Position numbers and translations under genes: made by a program. A stretch of DNA of 63,915 bases, the filler included, from Vannella sp. (taxonomy: Eukaryota), in the NCBI GenBank assembly GCA_023345925.1. It is 6 parts of 6 records of this genome, joined end to end, with 100 filler letters (N's around TTAATTAATTAA, not from the genome) between each part and the next. Parts side by side here need not be neighbours in the genome. Positions count along the whole stretch, not along the records: positions 60,296 to 63,915 come from JAJQQN010001459.1; 5 more parts are not named here. One strand, given 5' to 3'. Under the pieces are notes generated by a model. It made no database searches. It saw nothing but the letters and a program-made list of their open reading frames with translations, and was not told the origin of the DNA. Positions 61,150 to 63,915 of the stretch are shown here, one piece after another (the stretch's first letter is position 1; each line of letters starts with the position of its first letter).

Positions 61150-62196
61150 ATGGCTGCCCGTGCTGCTTTCTCTGTCCACTCGTACAACGTCCTTTCGTCA
61201 AGGTTGGCAGGAGCGGATCATTTCTTCAACTGTCTTCCTGAGAACTTGTCCAAGGAGGTGCGGTTCCCTCGCATTCTGTCAATCCTTGAGAAAAGTGTGA
61301 AGAGCAACGCTGTTGTCGCCCTTCAAGAGGTCTCACGAGATTGGGTTGGTGATCTGCATGTCTTCTTTGAGAAGCACAACTACTCTATGGTGGAATCGCT
61401 CTACGGAGATTGGAAAAATGGATACATGGGCGTTGCTCTGGCTTACCCTCGCGAGATCTTCTCCGTCGTTGACTGTAAGGTTGAACGCATCGCTGATTAC
61501 CTCTCCATGCCTCCCAGAGAGCCTACGTCCACTGCCATCAGCACGTCTCTTTTCTCCCCTCGAGCATGGATGAGTTGGGCCTTCCCTTCACTGTTTGGCC
61601 AGCAACCCGCGATCAACAATGAAGCAGAGCCTGATCCGTGGAATATCTCACTCAGTAGAGCTAACACAGCTATCTGGTGCAAGCTCCTCTTGAAAGAGAG
61701 TGGTGATGAGATCTCCGTCGCCACGTATCACATGCCTTGCGCTTTTTGGTGCCCTCCAGTGATGGCTATCCACACCACAGAGCTCATTAGACAGTGCCAA
61801 AGGCTCTCTGCAGGTGTCCCGTTGATCGTACTGGGAGACTTTAACATTACCCCCTCTTCCAGCTTCTACAGCCTCATCACTCAAGGCCAGATCATCCCAG
61901 AAGAAGCAGATACCATTACACCTGCGCCCAACAAAGACTGGAAGCTCCAGCCCGACGCCCTCATGAGTTCCGCCTATGCCACCGTCCAAGGAAGAGAACC
62001 AGCCTTCACAAACCGAGCTGGCGTGGAGAGCCAGTTCACAGAGACACTCGATTACATCTTCTACACACCTTCCTCGCTTCACCCCACCGCCGTAGTGCCT
62101 CTTCCCAGCTTGGAAGAAACGCCTTTAATGCCCAACGATACTCAGCCATCCGACCATCTCCTCATTGGAGCCACTTTCACAATTTTGAGGTCATAA
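61150..62196 (+). CDS. EEP-family phosphoesterase (CCR4/nocturnin/Angel-like), intronless
   Basis: SYNVLS, VALQEV, ATYHMPC, LGDFN, ETLDYIFY, PSDHLLI. Confidence 0.9.
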   Translation: MAARAAFSVHSYNVLSSRLAGADHFFNCLPENLSKEVRFPRILSILEKSVKSNAVVALQEVSRDWVGDLHVFFEKHNYSMVESLYGDWKNGYMGVALAYPREIFSVVDCKVERIADYLSMPPREPTSTAISTSLFSPRAWMSWAFPSLFGQQPAINNEAEPDPWNISLSRANTAIWCKLLLKESGDEISVATYHMPCAFWCPPVMAIHTTELIRQCQRLSAGVPLIVLGDFNITPSSSFYSLITQGQIIPEEADTITPAPNKDWKLQPDALMSSAYATVQGREPAFTNRAGVESQFTETLDYIFYTPSSLHPTAVVPLPSLEETPLMPNDTQPSDHLLIGATFTILRS

Positions 62197-62231
62197 ATCT
62201 CATTTTGTGAGCGCCTTGTGGCTTTGGCGAC

Positions 62232-63504
62232 ATGGCGGACTACGAGACGACCATGGTGGTGGATAATGGCTCAGGGATGCTAAAAGCTGGCTGGGCAGGT
62301 GAGGACTTACCTTCAGTCATCATTCCATCGGTTATTGGTGAGCCGTTCATTCAAGAGGACCCGGAGGAGGAGGTTTTGTATGTTGGCGAGGGCGTTGCCC
62401 CTCTTGCTGGTGCAGTGAAGGTGCGCTATCCTTTGGCACATGGTAAAGTGACCAATTGGAGTGACCTTGAACTGCTGTGGGACCATACCTTCGACATGAT
62501 GAACGCTGAACCAGCAGCTCATCCCATCCTGCTCACAGAGCCGCCGCTCAACCCTCGCAAGAACCGAGAACGAATGATTGAGATCATGTTTGAGCGCTAC
62601 AAAGTACCAGCAGCTCACATCTCTATCCAAGCAGTCCTCGCCCTTTACGCCTCTGGACGTACCACGGGCGTTGTGTTGGACTGTGGTGACGGTGTGTCTC
62701 ACGTGGTTCCCGTCTACGAAGGTTTCAGCATTCCTCATGCTATTGAGCGCTTGGATTTGGCTGGGCGTGACCTTACAGACTACCTGTCACGCCTCCTCAT
62801 GCTCCGGGGCTATTCCTTTACGAGCTCTTCAGACTGGGAGCTCGTTCGCGACATCAAGGAGAAGTTTGGTTTGGTTCGTGCAGACCCTTCAGGCCCACTC
62901 CCCAACAACGACGAGATCCGTATCTCTCACGAACTCCTCAGTGGAGAGAACGTCACCATTGATGAGGAGCGCTACCAGTGCTCTGAGGCCCTCTTCCAGC
63001 CCGCTCTCCTTGGCAAAGAAGCTTTGGGAATCCATGAGATGGTCTTCAAATCGATTAACGCCTGCGACATTGATCTCCGACGAGATCTCTACCAGAACGT
63101 TATTCTCTCAGGTACGCTCGATTGGAGTCCTCATTGGAGGTGAAGGGGGCTTCTTCTCTGACATGACGGGGTATAGGAGGAACTACGACTTTCCCCGGAA
63201 TGGCAGCTCGTGTACAGTATGAGATAACTGCCTTGGCTCCTGAAGCGTCTCGAGTGCGCGTCGTTGCTCCTCCTGAGCGAAAGGTAAGACCAGTTGAGGC
63301 TCAGGATTCTTTTGTACTGAATCGCACGGGTAGTACTCTGTGTGGATGGGAGGATCGATCCTTGGTGACCTAATGAGCTTCAAGGAGATGATGATCACCG
63401 ACTCCGAGTACCACGGTAAAGCCTTTCAGACGATCTTGTGTACCGCATTCTCACCCACTCCCACAGACGTTGGACCCGCCATTGTTCACCAAAAGTGCTT
63501 CTAA
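62232..63504 (+). CDS. divergent actin-like protein, 4 exons
   Basis: [56 protein letters not shown], ends IVHQKCF. Confidence 0.9.
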
Positions 63505-63746
63505 TCAGCCAAATCGGCCACAATCTGAATTCAAAGAATCTCCCTAAAAAGGAACCCTTCATCGAGATGCCAACAATTTGTCTTTGCCTTTGATCAGCGC
63601 CTGGTGCTTTTGTGAAGCCCACAATGATTTTATGACAGCCTTTTTGTTCTGGCTGGAGGGATGATGCTCATACAGACATTGGCCAATCAGGAATGGAACA
63701 CTTCAACGGCAATCGATTCTGTCACTTCGCGCTGGTCTTTGGATTG

Positions 63747-63915
63747 ATGCAGCTTCGCGCGAGCCTTGTTGGCTTTGTGTTGGTCGCCTTGATCAGCATT
63801 GTTGCTGCGTGGGGCAGTGATGGGCACTCGATTGTTGGTCAAGTGGCTCAGTCTTTTCTCACGGGAACCACCCTCACTGCAGTGAACAAGCAGCTTGGTG
63901 GTAATACTCTGGCTT
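63747..63915 (+). CDS. secreted S1/P1 nuclease, 5' end (partial)
   Basis: Signal peptide followed by WGSDGHSIVGQVAQSFL, the S1/P1 mature N-terminal Zn-binding W..GH motif. Confidence 0.85.
   Translation, partial: MQLRASLVGFVLVALISIVAAWGSDGHSIVGQVAQSFLTGTTLTAVNKQLGGNTLA

Overview
This is a compact, gene-dense eukaryotic (protist) genome segment, not prokaryotic DNA. Six assembly contigs (1-22918, 23019-31258, 31359-37575, 37676-50152, 50253-60195, 60296-63915) are joined by five artificial 100-nt N44-TTAATTAATTAA-N44 linkers, so adjacency across linkers has no biological meaning. Genes carry many short (mostly about 40-60 nt) GT-AG spliceosomal introns, so the ORF track splits or misses many genes. 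Manual splicing recovers about 40 genes. Housekeeping genes include importin-7/8, PP2A-A, QCR9, ribophorin I, PIG-N, MO25, Rab5, SmF, RBMX2, AK6, MINDY, DHHC, cytoplasmic dynein heavy chain and an actin-like protein. Secreted phagotroph-type genes include a bacterial-type trypsin-like protease, a saposin-like (amoebapore-type) protein and an S1/P1 nuclease. An aerobic, phagotrophic amoeboid protist (possibly Amoebozoa) is inferred but not proven. The most striking locus (34263-36740, minus strand) is a surface receptor with this layout: signal peptide, LRR array, Ser/Thr stalk, GPS/GAIN-like autoproteolysis motif, single TM. Each internal LRR is its own symmetric phase-2 exon of 66-69 nt inside duplicated intron units, which makes it a candidate modular, diversifiable recognition system. 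Other notable items are an intronless RCC1-repeat family in birth-and-death turnover (one copy has a 45-bp minisatellite amplified from its own blade), a hidden 39-aa spliced membrane microprotein, a Val-Pro repeat GPI-type protein, an ankyrin-RGS protein and a stop-interrupted SEC-C motif locus. No rRNA, tRNA, CRISPR array or recognisable transposase was seen.
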